Assembly: GCA_003221005.1 (NCBI GenBank)
Contig: QHTZ01000078.1
Coordinates: 1-64,000 of the forward strand
Direction of reading: 5' to 3'
Length of the DNA: 64,000 nt
Source: Gemmatimonadota bacterium
GTDB lineage: Bacteria > Gemmatimonadota > Gemmatimonadetes > Gemmatimonadales > GWC2-71-9
In this document: positions 20,002-30,170 of the stretch, piece after piece
Layout of the letters: each line of letters begins with the position of its first letter
Position numbering within the stretch: the first letter of the stretch is position 1
Position numbers and translations under genes: made by a program
Notes under the pieces: model-generated
The model's database searches: none
Told to the model about the DNA's origin: nothing
Seen by the model: only the letters and a program-made list of their open reading frames with translations

Positions 20002-20754
20002 ATGAAGATCGCCGTCTGCATCAAGCGCGTCGCCGACAGTGAGACCCGCGTGAAGATCGCCGCGGACGGGAAGGCGCTCGACGAGGCCGGCGTGAAGTTC
20101 GTCCTCAACCCCTACGACGAGTTCGCGGTCGAAGAAGCCCTGCGGCGCAAGGAGCAGGCCGGTAGCGGCGAGGTCGTCGTCGTGGCGCTCGGGCCGGCGG
20201 CGGCCCAGGAGACGATCCGCGCCGCGCTCGCGATGGGAGTGGACCGTGGCGTCCTGCTCCAGGTGGATCGCATCCCCGCCGACGGCCTGGTCGTCGCGCA
20301 GGCGCTGGCGGCGGAGCTCAAGGATGGCGGCTACGACCTCATCCTCTGCGGCAAGATGGCGATCGACGACTACAACCATCAGGTGGGCCCGATGGTGGCC
20401 GAGCTGCTCGGCCTGCCGTGCGTCACGTCCATCGCGCACCTCGAGCTCCAGGGGAACACGGGGGTCGCCGAGCGCGAGGTTGAGGGTGGGATCGAGGTGT
20501 GCGAGTTCCCCCTGCCGGCGGTCCTGACGACAGACAAGGGGCTCAACGAGCCACGCTACCCGGCGCTCAAGGGCATCATGGCCGCCAAGAAGAAGCCGTT
20601 GGACATCAAGCCCACGGCGTTGGCCGTGGGCGGGCTCGAGGTGCTCGCGATGACGCCACCACCCGATCGCAAAGATGGACGCATCGTCGGTGAAGGTGTG
20701 GCGGCGATCCCCGAGCTGCTGCGCCTGCTGCGCGAGGAAGCAAAGGTCCTGTGA
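20002..20754 (+). CDS. etfB: Electron transfer flavoprotein beta subunit
   Basis: KIAVCIKRV, NPYDEFAVEEAL and NEPRYPALKGIMAAKKK motifs. Confidence 0.95.
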   Translation: MKIAVCIKRVADSETRVKIAADGKALDEAGVKFVLNPYDEFAVEEALRRKEQAGSGEVVVVALGPAAAQETIRAALAMGVDRGVLLQVDRIPADGLVVAQALAAELKDGGYDLILCGKMAIDDYNHQVGPMVAELLGLPCVTSIAHLELQGNTGVAEREVEGGIEVCEFPLPAVLTTDKGLNEPRYPALKGIMAAKKKPLDIKPTALAVGGLEVLAMTPPPDRKDGRIVGEGVAAIPELLRLLREEAKVL

Positions 20755-21731
20755 CCGCCGTGCTCGCCGTGCTCGAGCAGCGCGACGGCGCCCTGCGCAA
20801 GGTGTCGCACGAGGTAGTCACGGGAGCGCGACGCCTCGCGGACGCGGGGAGTGGGACGGTGGAGGCGCTGGTCCTCGGCGGGGGCACGGTGAGCGGCGCG
20901 GACCAGCTCGGCCGCTTCGGGGCGGACAGGGTGACCACGGCCACGCATGCGGCCCTCGGGCGCTACACCCCCGAGGGATACACGCGGGTCGTGGTGGAAC
21001 GGGTGCGTGCGCGGCAGTACGACGCGGTCGTGTTCCCAGCGAGCGCGACCGGGAGAGACCTGGCGCCCCGGGTCGCCGCCCGGCTCGGCGTCCCCCTTGC
21101 GGCGGACGTCACGGACCTCGGGATCGAGGGGGGCGCGATTTGGGCCACGCGGCCGGTGTACGCCGGCAAGGCGCTGCTGAAGGTAAAGCTCCTCGCCCGG
21201 CCGGCACTGCTGTCGCTGCGGCCCAATGTGTTCACCCCGGTTGAGCGTCCCCGCGCGGCCGCGGCGGAGACCGCGAAAGTGGACGTGCCGGAGCGCGGCG
21301 GGCGGGTTGTGGTGCGCGAGATCAAGGCTGCGGCGGCTGGAGCACTCGACGTGGCCGAAGCGCCGATCGTCGTGTCGGGGGGGCGGGGGCTCAAGGAGCC
21401 CGCGAACTTCAGGCTGCTGGAGGAGCTGGCGCGCGCGTTCGGCGGCAAGGCGGCGGTGGGGGCCTCGCGCGCCGTGGTGGACGCGGGCTGGCGCCCACAC
21501 GCGGATCAGGTGGGCCAGACAGGGAAGACCGTGAGCCCCACCCTGTACGTCGCGGTCGGCATCTCGGGGGCGATCCAGCACCTCGCGGGGATGCGCACGT
21601 CCAAGGTCATCGTCGCGATCAATCGCGACAAGGACGCGCCCATCTTCAAGGTCGCGGACTACGGGATCGTGGGAGACCTGTTCGAGATCGTGCCGAGGCT
21701 TACCGAGGAGATCAGGAAACTGCATGCCTAG
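20751..21731 (+). CDS. etfA: Electron transfer flavoprotein alpha subunit
   Basis: [16 protein letters not shown] and [12 protein letters not shown] motifs. Confidence 0.95.
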   Translation: MTAVLAVLEQRDGALRKVSHEVVTGARRLADAGSGTVEALVLGGGTVSGADQLGRFGADRVTTATHAALGRYTPEGYTRVVVERVRARQYDAVVFPASATGRDLAPRVAARLGVPLAADVTDLGIEGGAIWATRPVYAGKALLKVKLLARPALLSLRPNVFTPVERPRAAAAETAKVDVPERGGRVVVREIKAAAAGALDVAEAPIVVSGGRGLKEPANFRLLEELARAFGGKAAVGASRAVVDAGWRPHADQVGQTGKTVSPTLYVAVGISGAIQHLAGMRTSKVIVAINRDKDAPIFKVADYGIVGDLFEIVPRLTEEIRKLHA

Positions 21732-21757
21732 GGACCGGGGACGAGGGACGAGGGAAG
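21730..21757. repeat. Four 7-bp tandem units between etfA and ETF-QO
   Basis: AGGGACC GGGGACG AGGGACG AGGGAAG. Confidence 0.7.
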
Positions 21758-21758
21758 G

Positions 21759-23408
21759 GTGCTAGTTCCGGCCCAATACCAGCCGCCGCTGCCCCTCGAA
21801 CGGCTGATCCTGCAAGCCGGCGCGCCCGGGGCGGGCGATCGGATGGAGCTCGATGTGCTCATCGTCGGGGCGGGCCCGGCCGGACTCGCCTGCGCCATCG
21901 AGCTGGCGCGCGTGGCGCGGGCCGGAGGCCGCGACCTCAGTATCGGGGTACTCGAGAAGGCGGGCGCCCTGGGCGAGCATTCGCTCTCGGGCGCCGTCGT
22001 GAACCCCCGCCCGTTTCGCGAGCTCTTCCCCGAGTTGAAGGACTGGGAGTTCCCGTTCCGCGCGCCGGTCGGGAGAGAAGCGGTGTATCTGCTGACCGCT
22101 CGAGGGCGGCTGCGTCTTCCCGTTCCTCCCACCATGCACAACAGCGGGAATTATGTCGCGTCGCTGTGCGAGATCGTGCGCTGGCTCGGCACCTGCGCGG
22201 AAGGGCTGGGCGTCAACGTCTTCACCGGCTTTCCGGCGGCGAACCTGCTCGTTGACGGAGCGCGCGTGGCAGGTGTGCGCACCGCCGCCACCGGGCTCGA
22301 TCGTGCGGGTCAGCCGCAGTCGAGCTACGTCGCGCCGAACGATGTCGTCGCGCGGGTGACGGCCCTCGCGGAAGGGACGCGCGGCTTGCTCGCCCAGGCC
22401 TACCTCGAGTGGCAGCGGGTCGGCTCCGAGAATCCGCAGATCTTTGCCCTCGGCGTCAAGGAGATCTGGGAGACTAAGCGACCGCTCGATACGATCGTGC
22501 ATACGCTCGGTTGGCCGCTGGAGAGTTCCGCGTTCGGCGGGAGCTTTATGTATCCGCTCGAGCCGAACCTCGTGGCGCTGGGGCTCGTGGTCGGACTCGA
22601 CTACTCGGACGCCACACTCGACGTCCACGTGCTGTTCCAGCGTATGAAGACGCACCCCCTGTTCCGGCGCTACCTGGAGGAAGGAGAGCTCGTCGAGTGG
22701 GGCGCCAAGACGATCCCCGAGGGTGGCTATTACTCAGTGCCGGAGCGCCGCTCGGGCGAAGGCGTCGTCCTGCTCGGTGACTCCGCGGGCTTCGTGGACG
22801 TCCCCTCCCTCAAGGGGATCCATTACGCCATGCAATCCGGGATCTTTGCCGCACGCGCGATCTTCCAGGCGCTATCGGGGGACGGCCCCACCGCCGCGCG
22901 CCTGGCGGAGTACGATCGGCTCGTCAACAGCTCGTTCGTCATGCACGACCTCTACCGCACCCGGAACATGCGACTCGCGTTCAAGGGCGGCTTCTATGCC
23001 GGGGGCCTCAAGGCGAGCCTCATGACGCTGACAGGCGGGCGGTTCCCGGGTCGGAAGATCGCCACGGAGCCGGACGCCGAGATAGCCCGGCGCGTCAGAA
23101 CCGCGCGCGCAGCCCCGGGGCCGTTCGTCCCGGACGGCCGTCTCACCTTCTCGAAGGTGGACGGGGTCTTCAAGTCAGGGAACGCGACGCGTGATACGAT
23201 CCCGACCCACCTCGTGGTTGGCCGGGATGTAACCCCGGAGCTCGCGGACTTCTACTCCCACGTCTGCCCCGCTGGCGTGTACGAGCGCACCGACGGGACC
23301 CTGCGCGTCAACGCGCCCAATTGCATCGACTGCAAGGCGACGGACGTGTTGGGGCCGCGCTGGACGCCGAGAGAGGGGGGGAGCGGGCCGAAGTACAAGA
23401 GGATGTGA
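21759..23408 (+). CDS. ETF:quinone oxidoreductase
   Basis: GAGPAG, HSLSGAV, KGIHYAMQSG, CPAGVY and EGGSGPKY motifs. Confidence 0.92.
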   Translation: MLVPAQYQPPLPLERLILQAGAPGAGDRMELDVLIVGAGPAGLACAIELARVARAGGRDLSIGVLEKAGALGEHSLSGAVVNPRPFRELFPELKDWEFPFRAPVGREAVYLLTARGRLRLPVPPTMHNSGNYVASLCEIVRWLGTCAEGLGVNVFTGFPAANLLVDGARVAGVRTAATGLDRAGQPQSSYVAPNDVVARVTALAEGTRGLLAQAYLEWQRVGSENPQIFALGVKEIWETKRPLDTIVHTLGWPLESSAFGGSFMYPLEPNLVALGLVVGLDYSDATLDVHVLFQRMKTHPLFRRYLEEGELVEWGAKTIPEGGYYSVPERRSGEGVVLLGDSAGFVDVPSLKGIHYAMQSGIFAARAIFQALSGDGPTAARLAEYDRLVNSSFVMHDLYRTRNMRLAFKGGFYAGGLKASLMTLTGGRFPGRKIATEPDAEIARRVRTARAAPGPFVPDGRLTFSKVDGVFKSGNATRDTIPTHLVVGRDVTPELADFYSHVCPAGVYERTDGTLRVNAPNCIDCKATDVLGPRWTPREGGSGPKYKRM

Positions 23409-23538
23409 GCGGTGTAGCGAGCACGCACCATTCTCAGACCCACCTGGCTCCCTCCCGCACCGGCACATGGCGGTCCACTTCATGCAGCCGTCCTTCGGCA
23501 AGAGCCCTTAAGTCGTGCCTTTCAGGGGGAGGCGAGCC

Positions 23539-24522
23539 ATGATCGGCGACCGACGGGCAGGAGAGTTCCAGGCTACGGACCCCGGGCTGCCCCTTACGGA
23601 GCGGCGTGGGCCAACGGACCGACGCAAGGGGCGGCGGCGCCAGATGGACAAGGCTGTGCCACTCGACCGACGGACTGGTTTCGACCGGCGCACCCTCCGC
23701 GAGCGGCGGGGGATGTCAAGCCGGCAGGGTGGTGGCGTGATCCCGGAGTGGGTCGCCCAGGCGTTGTCACCGGCGGCGCCCTCCCCCGCGCTCTCCGCCC
23801 TGTTTCGCAGCCGCCTGCGCCAGCTGACGCGCATCGAGCTTTCTGAGGCCGAAGCGGAGCGGCACGGGAAGGCGTTCGCTCGGCACCGCAGGAACCTGAC
23901 GGACCGCCTCGGCCGCGATGTGGGCGACGAAGTGGCCATCCTCGACTACTTCCTCAACGTGAGCCCCCGGCTGCTGCAGCCGGTTATCATCGAGAGCGCC
24001 GACCTGGCGGTGGTGGAGCACGACGCGCTGACCGATGCGCTCACGGGTCTCTTCAACCGTCGCTGCCTCGAGTCCTCGCTGAAGCGGGAAGTGGCGCGCT
24101 GCCGCCGCCATGGCGTCACATCGTCCCTCGTGCTGCTCGACCTGGACGCCTTCAAGGCGGCGAATGACCGGTTCGGTCATGGGGTGGGCGACGCCGTGTT
24201 ACGGGCGCTGGGCGAGCTGATCTGCCGCCACCTGCGCGCGGTCGATATCCCATGCCGCTACGGTGGCGACGAATTCGGCGTGGTGCTGCCGGACACGGAC
24301 CGGAGCCATGCCCAGCTCGTGGCCGAGCGGATCCGCTCCGACGCGCGGTCGCATTTCGCGGAGCGGGTGGTGGGGGGATGCAAGGTAGCGGTCACGGTCA
24401 GCGTGGGGGTGGCGACGTACGGCCCGACTTGCGCCACGCTCGACGCGTTGCTGCAGGCTGCGGACCGCGCACTGTACGAAGCCAAGGCTGCGGGCGGCGA
24501 TCGCGTCGCCGTCGGGCCGTGA
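23539..24522 (+). CDS. Cytoplasmic diguanylate cyclase with (D/E)RR-repeat N-terminus
   Basis: GGGGGAGG SD; DALTGLFNRR, RAVD I-site, GGDEF. Confidence 0.9.
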   Translation: MIGDRRAGEFQATDPGLPLTERRGPTDRRKGRRRQMDKAVPLDRRTGFDRRTLRERRGMSSRQGGGVIPEWVAQALSPAAPSPALSALFRSRLRQLTRIELSEAEAERHGKAFARHRRNLTDRLGRDVGDEVAILDYFLNVSPRLLQPVIIESADLAVVEHDALTDALTGLFNRRCLESSLKREVARCRRHGVTSSLVLLDLDAFKAANDRFGHGVGDAVLRALGELICRHLRAVDIPCRYGGDEFGVVLPDTDRSHAQLVAERIRSDARSHFAERVVGGCKVAVTVSVGVATYGPTCATLDALLQAADRALYEAKAAGGDRVAVGP

Positions 24523-24528
24523 GGCGCG

Positions 24529-25701
24529 CTAGCGGTCGATGTCCGTCACGTCGAGGATGAGCAACGCCGGCTCGGGCGGATCCTCCGCGCCGAACGCATA
24601 CAACCGGCCGCCGATCGTCCCGAACTTTCCCGTGTGCACGCCGCTCGAAACGAGGTACCTGGCGACGTAAGCTGGCGTCGCGGGATCGCTCAGGCTGTAA
24701 AACCAGAACCCGGCGTTCGGACCCCGCTCCGCGGTGAACATGAGCAGCTTGCCGTCGGGGCTCACCTTGATGTCGCTCACCGTTCCGATTCCCGCCGTGA
24801 CGATCGAATCCACCAGCAGCGGGGCGCTCGAGGCCCCGAGTATCCAGATCTTGACCGCGTCTCCGACCACGCCGGGCCGATTCGATCCCCAGGTGCCGGT
24901 GTATCCGAACCCGTTCGCCACGGTGAGGTCTGAGGTGTACCGGTCGGGCACGTTGTCGCCTCCGCGCTTGGCTGAGAAGTGCCCGGCGGTCAGTCCGATC
25001 TGCCAGAAACCGCTGAGCATGTCGCTCGCGTATAGCGTGCCGTGGTCGAGCTGCACGCCCCAGGTGTACGTGTCGCCCGCGCCTCCCGGCCGGAGGCTGT
25101 CGACAAGCCGGTTGGACAGGCTCCCGGAGAGATTCCCCGACACGTCGAGCGCCACTATGCCTTGGTTGTAATAGGCGGCGTAGAGAATCTGCGCGCTTTC
25201 ATCCATCCAGAAGTTGTGCGTGCCGGCGCCGTTCACATGAAACGACGCCACCTCAGTCGGATGGGAGAGGTCGGAGACATCGAGGATATGGATGTCGCCC
25301 GAGGAGGTCGCGCCCAAGGCGCCGGGTCCCTCCTGCCCCACGAACAGGTACTTTTTCTCGCCGGTGTTCGGGTTCCAGAACCACCAGGCGTTGTGGGTCT
25401 CCCCTCCTGGCGTCGCGTAGGTGGCGATGAGCTGCGGGCTCGACGGGCTTCCCCCCTGCACACCGTTGCCTACATCGAAGATCATCACCCCGGTGTTCCA
25501 CGCGCTGACGAAGGCCAAGCCATCCCGGACGAACGTGTCATGGATGCCGTAGGCAGGCGGGATACTCACCGTCGCGACGAGCGTCGGGGTTGCAGCCGGC
25601 ACGATCGGTGGCTCCTCGGTGTCGGTGGGCCTTTCGCTGCACGCCCCGCTTATGACCGCGAGGCACGTGACGAGCAGCGTGAGTCCCCGCTCAGCGGGCA
25701 C
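24529..25701 (-). CDS. LVIVD-repeat beta-propeller lipoprotein
   Basis: SGAC lipobox; repeated (I/L)LDVSD units; THN motifs. Confidence 0.75.
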   Translation of the reverse strand: MPAERGLTLLVTCLAVISGACSERPTDTEEPPIVPAATPTLVATVSIPPAYGIHDTFVRDGLAFVSAWNTGVMIFDVGNGVQGGSPSSPQLIATYATPGGETHNAWWFWNPNTGEKKYLFVGQEGPGALGATSSGDIHILDVSDLSHPTEVASFHVNGAGTHNFWMDESAQILYAAYYNQGIVALDVSGNLSGSLSNRLVDSLRPGGAGDTYTWGVQLDHGTLYASDMLSGFWQIGLTAGHFSAKRGGDNVPDRYTSDLTVANGFGYTGTWGSNRPGVVGDAVKIWILGASSAPLLVDSIVTAGIGTVSDIKVSPDGKLLMFTAERGPNAGFWFYSLSDPATPAYVARYLVSSGVHTGKFGTIGGRLYAFGAEDPPEPALLILDVTDIDR

Positions 25702-26938
25702 GGTCGGGCTCGGTCATCGCGGGCATGTCCATCGTCCTCGTCGGTACCCCGTACCTCCCCATGCGGTGCCCGCGCATTCCCCACGCGATTCGCAGACCGC
25801 CGCTCGCGGACCAGAAACTATCGCGGCCGTAGAACGTGGTCGGGTCGAACAGCCCCCCGTCCACTGTAGCGATCCGGCCGTACGAGACCTCGATGAATGG
25901 CACCACGTCCGGGTGACCGATGGGGGCGCCGAGGCGCAGCCCGTACCCCAGCGTGTGGATGGACCAGCGGCTCGTGCCGAGAATGGAATTGTCGAGATGC
26001 GGGCGCACGCTACGGAACGGATCGAGTGTGCGCATATCCTCAGGCCGCTCAGTGCGCTCGAAACGGTAGTACGGCTGGTGCCGCCCGGCGGTGACAGCTG
26101 CTTCGGCGAGCACACTGTGGAACACGAAGACCCCGTCGGCCTCGGACGTGCGTGCCCACTCGACGAGCGCATAGAGGTGAGCGGGGCCGGCGCGGCGGTC
26201 GGCGCGTACCGAGGTGCTCCACTTGCGCGCGTCCGTCCCCGCGCCCGCGCGGTTCTCCGGGGAGTGAACCACGGCCCTCGAGCCCTGCCACTCGAGGCCG
26301 GGGAGCGGGCGCAGGGTGAGCCGCGCGGCCCAGGAGTCGCCGACCCGGCTGAGGCTGGGTGACTGGCCCGGACTCTCGGGCTCATCGCCGTTGAAGACGG
26401 CCCCCTCGATCGTCGCAGGGCCGACGTCAACCTCAGCCATCACGAGGGCACGCTCGAGGATCTGGCTCAGGTGGTGGTTCACGGGGAACCGCTCGACCGG
26501 CCGACTCATCGGGTCGTCGGTCCCGAAGGGGACGAATCCCTTACCGACACTGAGCGTCGTGCGTGCCTTGCCGTCGAAGTGGCCGAGGACGTCCTCGGCC
26601 GAGAGCATCAGCTCATGCACGTACGTGTGGGGGTGGCGACGGTCCACGTAACCTTCGCCCCAGTCGCCGGGAGCGAGCTCGCCGTGCGGCATCGTCCAGC
26701 CTTCGAAGTCCGCGGTCGCGTGGAACGTGAGTCGCAGGCGGGGGAGGCCGACATCGAGCATGATGATCGGCTGCACGAGGCGTACTTCACCGAGAGACTG
26801 TCCGCCTGCCACGGGGTCGGCGTACGTGCCGACGAGGATCCCTTGGCCCGAGAGGCGGGCCGTCAACCCGTGTTGCGCTCCGAGGGGGGCGAGCGGTGCC
26901 CACGCCGCAACGAGGCCGAGGAAGGAAGCACGGGTCAC
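25691..26938 (-). CDS. Hypothetical secreted/outer-membrane beta-barrel protein
   Basis: Signal peptide, DRRHPH..VHEL motif, amphipathic beta-strands; GTGA overlap with marC. Confidence 0.65.
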   Translation of the reverse strand: MTRASFLGLVAAWAPLAPLGAQHGLTARLSGQGILVGTYADPVAGGQSLGEVRLVQPIIMLDVGLPRLRLTFHATADFEGWTMPHGELAPGDWGEGYVDRRHPHTYVHELMLSAEDVLGHFDGKARTTLSVGKGFVPFGTDDPMSRPVERFPVNHHLSQILERALVMAEVDVGPATIEGAVFNGDEPESPGQSPSLSRVGDSWAARLTLRPLPGLEWQGSRAVVHSPENRAGAGTDARKWSTSVRADRRAGPAHLYALVEWARTSEADGVFVFHSVLAEAAVTAGRHQPYYRFERTERPEDMRTLDPFRSVRPHLDNSILGTSRWSIHTLGYGLRLGAPIGHPDVVPFIEVSYGRIATVDGGLFDPTTFYGRDSFWSASGGLRIAWGMRGHRMGRYGVPTRTMDMPAMTEPDRAR

Positions 26939-27573
26939 GCGCTCCCGGCCAATCCCGTGATCTTGATTCCGTCTACGATGAACTGGACGGCGATGGCGCA
27001 GAGCACGAGCCCCATGAGCCGTGTGAGGATGCGCATGCCGGTCTGGCCGAGGCGGTGCTCCACCGCCGTCGCCGCCGCGAGGACGACGTAGGAGACGTAG
27101 GCGGTGAGCGCGACGGACACGTACAGCGCGGCCGTGCTGGCGGCGCTGCGCGAGCCCAGCGCCAGCACCATGACGGTGGAGATCGCGCCCGGCCCGGCGA
27201 GCATCGGCACGCCGAGCGGAATGATCCCGACATCCTCCTTCTGAGTCCCCTCGGCCTGCTCGACCGGTGTCTCGCGCTGCATGCTGCGGCGCGCCTGCAC
27301 CATCTCGAGCGCGTTCAGGCCGATGAGCACCCCGCCGGCGATCTTGAACGCGCCCAGCGTGATCCCGAAGAGCGTGAAGATCAAGGAGCCGCCCAGCGCG
27401 AACACGGTGAGGGTGACGGCGCAGGTCCACGCGCCGCGGCGGGCCATGGCGCGCCGCTGGGCCGGGGTGTCGCGCGCGGTCATGGCGAGGAAGCTCGGGA
27501 CGGCGGCGAAGGGGTCCACGATGAAGAGGACCGACGTGAAGATGAGCAGCAGTTCCTTGAGAAGCGGGATCAC
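26935..27573 (-). CDS. MarC-family membrane protein
   Basis: VDPFAAVP, FKIAGG, PLGVPMLAGPGAI and RLMGLVL motifs. Confidence 0.92.
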   Translation of the reverse strand: MIPLLKELLLIFTSVLFIVDPFAAVPSFLAMTARDTPAQRRAMARRGAWTCAVTLTVFALGGSLIFTLFGITLGAFKIAGGVLIGLNALEMVQARRSMQRETPVEQAEGTQKEDVGIIPLGVPMLAGPGAISTVMVLALGSRSAASTAALYVSVALTAYVSYVVLAAATAVEHRLGQTGMRILTRLMGLVLCAIAVQFIVDGIKITGLAGSA

Positions 27574-28397
27574 AGCGCGACTTGCACCACCCGGTCCTTC
27601 CCCGCGCGCTTCGCCTCGTACATAGCTTCGTCGGCGCGCCGCAGCAGCTCCTCGACCCCCCGCTCCGCGCCGAGCGAGGAGACCAGGCCGATGCTTGCGG
27701 TCACGGAGGGCGTGCCCCGGAACACCGTGCGGATGCCGGCCGCGAGGCGAGTGGCGGCGGCATGGGCGACCGACCCCTCAGTCTCCGGCATCAGCACCGC
27801 GAATTCGTCGCCGCCCAGCCGGCCGACGATGTCCGACTGGCGCACCGCGCTCCGCGTGGCCTCGGCGACGAGCCGCAGCACGGCATCGCCCGTCTGGTGG
27901 CCGTGCCGGTCATTCACGGCCTTGAAGTCGTCGAGATCGAGGTAGAGGAGCGCCAGCGGCCGGTTGTAGCGCCGGTTGCGGTCGAGCTCCTGGCTCAGCC
28001 GCTCGGCGAACGCGCGGGAGTTGAGGACCCCCGTGAGCGGGTCGTGAGCCGCCATTCCCTCGAGCTGCGCCTGGGTGCGCCGCAGTTGCACCAGCCCCGC
28101 CATCGCGACGCCCACCACGGTCAGGTAGGCCGCCTCGTTCGCGATCCGCACGGTCACGCCGGTGTCCGGTGGCATTTGCTCGAGCCCGATCACGTAACGC
28201 AGCACCGCGGTGCCGACGGCGAACGCGCTCCCCCAGCCGAGCCCGTCGTGCCACGTCACGAGCAGCACGGGAACGATATACAGGATCCCCAGGCGCACGT
28301 CGGGCGGTGACTGCGCGTTGACCCAGTACACGAGGCCGACGAGGAGGACGGCGCCGAGCAGCCGCGCGGCGCGGCGCAGCCTGTCAGGGGGGCGCAT
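27570..28397 (-). CDS. Membrane-bound diguanylate cyclase
   Basis: About 4 N-terminal TM helices, DPLTG, RQSD I-site, GGDEF. Confidence 0.9.
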   Translation of the reverse strand: MRPPDRLRRAARLLGAVLLVGLVYWVNAQSPPDVRLGILYIVPVLLVTWHDGLGWGSAFAVGTAVLRYVIGLEQMPPDTGVTVRIANEAAYLTVVGVAMAGLVQLRRTQAQLEGMAAHDPLTGVLNSRAFAERLSQELDRNRRYNRPLALLYLDLDDFKAVNDRHGHQTGDAVLRLVAEATRSAVRQSDIVGRLGGDEFAVLMPETEGSVAHAAATRLAAGIRTVFRGTPSVTASIGLVSSLGAERGVEELLRRADEAMYEAKRAGKDRVVQVAL

Positions 28398-29650
28398 CAG
28401 AAGGGGGGCGGGGCCACGTGCACCGGGTCGTCGAACAGCAGCGCGTGCAGCGTGGTGCCCGCGGGCACCGCCGGGCGGTCTTCGGGCACGATGAGCAGGG
28501 CGTTGGCGCGCGCCATCGACGTCAGGATGCCGGAGCCCTGCGGGCCCGTCAAGCGCGCGGTGAGCGCGCCGTCCGGGGGCTCGGGCTTGACAAGCGCCCG
28601 CAGGAAGTGCCGCAGCGGCGGCCCGAGCGTAATCTGCTCGGCGACGCATACGGGCACGGTCCGGCGGAACGGCAGGGCGTGCCCGAGCAGGCGGCGGAGC
28701 GCCGGCCGGGCGAACAGCTCGAACGTCACCATCGTGCTCACGGGGTTGCCGGGCAGTCCCAGCCAGGGGCGGCCCGCGAGCGTGCCGAAGCCGAGCGGGG
28801 CGCCAGGGCGCATGCGGATGCGCCATAGCTTCATGTCGCATCCCAGCTCGGCCAACACGTCGCGCACCAGGTCGTGCTCACCTACGCTCACCCCGCCAGT
28901 CGTCACGAGCATGTCGGCGTCCGCCGCCGGGGCCAGGTGCTCCCGCAGGCTCGCTTTGGTGTCGCGGGCAATCCCGAGTTCGACGGGGATGCCGCCGGCC
29001 CGGCGGATCAGGCCGAAGAGGGTGTAGGAGTTCGAGGAGGCGATCTTGCGGCCGGCGAGGATCTCCTCCGCCTGGTCGAGATCCACGACCTCTTCCCCTG
29101 AGGCGAGGACGGCCACGCGCGGCGGGCGATGCACGAGGGGGGTGGCGTGGGCGATCGACGCCAGCACACCGAGCTGGGCGGGCCCGAGCGCGGTCCCCGT
29201 GGTGAGCACGACGTCTCCGCGGCGCAGGTCTTCGCCGCGGCGGCGGACGTTGTGGCGGGCATCGCGGTCGTCCAGGATGGCGACGCGTCCCTCGGCGAGC
29301 GCTTCCGTGTCTTCCTGGCGGATGACGCTGTCGGCCCCCGGCGGGAGGGGCGCCCCGGTGAAAATCCGCGTCGCCGCCCCCGGACCGAGCGGCTGCTCGG
29401 GAAACCGCCCGGCAGGTACCGTTTCGACGATCCGCAGGGTCTTGCGGCGGTCGCGCGTCGCTCCGGCCACGTCGGCCGCGCGTACCGCGTAGCCGTCCAT
29501 TGCGGAGTTATCCCATCCCGGGAGGTCGATCGGGCTGGTGACGTCCTCCGCCAGCACGAGGTCGAGCGCCTCTTTGAGCGGCCGCCGCTCGGCGGGGAGG
29601 GGGGCGCAGTGGTCGACGATGAGCCGCGCGGCTTCCGCCGGAGTCAACAC
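28397..29650 (-). CDS. moeA: Molybdopterin molybdotransferase
   Basis: NSAMDGYAV, RIFTGAP, TGGVSVG and GLPGNPVS motifs. Confidence 0.95.
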   Translation of the reverse strand: MLTPAEAARLIVDHCAPLPAERRPLKEALDLVLAEDVTSPIDLPGWDNSAMDGYAVRAADVAGATRDRRKTLRIVETVPAGRFPEQPLGPGAATRIFTGAPLPPGADSVIRQEDTEALAEGRVAILDDRDARHNVRRRGEDLRRGDVVLTTGTALGPAQLGVLASIAHATPLVHRPPRVAVLASGEEVVDLDQAEEILAGRKIASSNSYTLFGLIRRAGGIPVELGIARDTKASLREHLAPAADADMLVTTGGVSVGEHDLVRDVLAELGCDMKLWRIRMRPGAPLGFGTLAGRPWLGLPGNPVSTMVTFELFARPALRRLLGHALPFRRTVPVCVAEQITLGPPLRHFLRALVKPEPPDGALTARLTGPQGSGILTSMARANALLIVPEDRPAVPAGTTLHALLFDDPVHVAPPPF

Positions 29651-29651
29651 G

Positions 29652-30170
29652 TCAGGGGGGGAGGATCTTGGCGCGGTCCCAGGCCAGGTTCGCCAGGGTG
29701 ACGAGCCAGGCCGTGTCGTTGAACCGGAACACGGGGAACGGCGCCCGATAGGTCGGGTTGTCGGTCACCATGGCGACCCAGTCGCTCGCTGCGTGGACGG
29801 TAGGATCGAACACGGGGTCGGGCCCCGCCACGAGGCGGTACACCTCGATCTTGGGGAGTGGCGCGCGCTTGAAACCTTCGACCAGGATAATGTCCGCGCC
29901 CTCGTGATAGCGGCGGGCGAGCGAAATCGGGTCCGACTCCTGGGACGTGCGCTCGAACAGCACCCGCTCCCCGGGGGCCTCCAGCAGCACCCGCTCGGCC
30001 TTGCCCTCGTGCCAGTGGCGCCACGTGTCCTTGCCCCGCTGGTCCAGGTCTGCCTTATGCGTGCCGTGCTTGATCGTCATGACGCGAAACTTGCGGCGGT
30101 CGAGCTCCGCGGCGAGCGCGACGAGCAGCGTCGTCTTGCCGGCGTTCTTGCGGCCGATTACCGAGATCAT
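29652..30170 (-). CDS. mobB: Molybdopterin-guanine dinucleotide biosynthesis protein B
   Basis: GRKNAGKTT P-loop, IKH, GKDT and LVEGFK motifs. Confidence 0.9.
   Translation of the reverse strand: MISVIGRKNAGKTTLLVALAAELDRRKFRVMTIKHGTHKADLDQRGKDTWRHWHEGKAERVLLEAPGERVLFERTSQESDPISLARRYHEGADIILVEGFKRAPLPKIEVYRLVAGPDPVFDPTVHAASDWVAMVTDNPTYRAPFPVFRFNDTAWLVTLANLAWDRAKILPP

Noticed and set aside
21724-21765. 13-codon mini-ORF bridging etfA and ETF-QO
   Set aside because: Too short to distinguish from chance; noted only as a possible parallel to 55118-55270
23409-23538. c-di-GMP riboswitch upstream of the diguanylate cyclase
   Set aside because: No GEMM-type consensus or convincing two-hairpin structure seen
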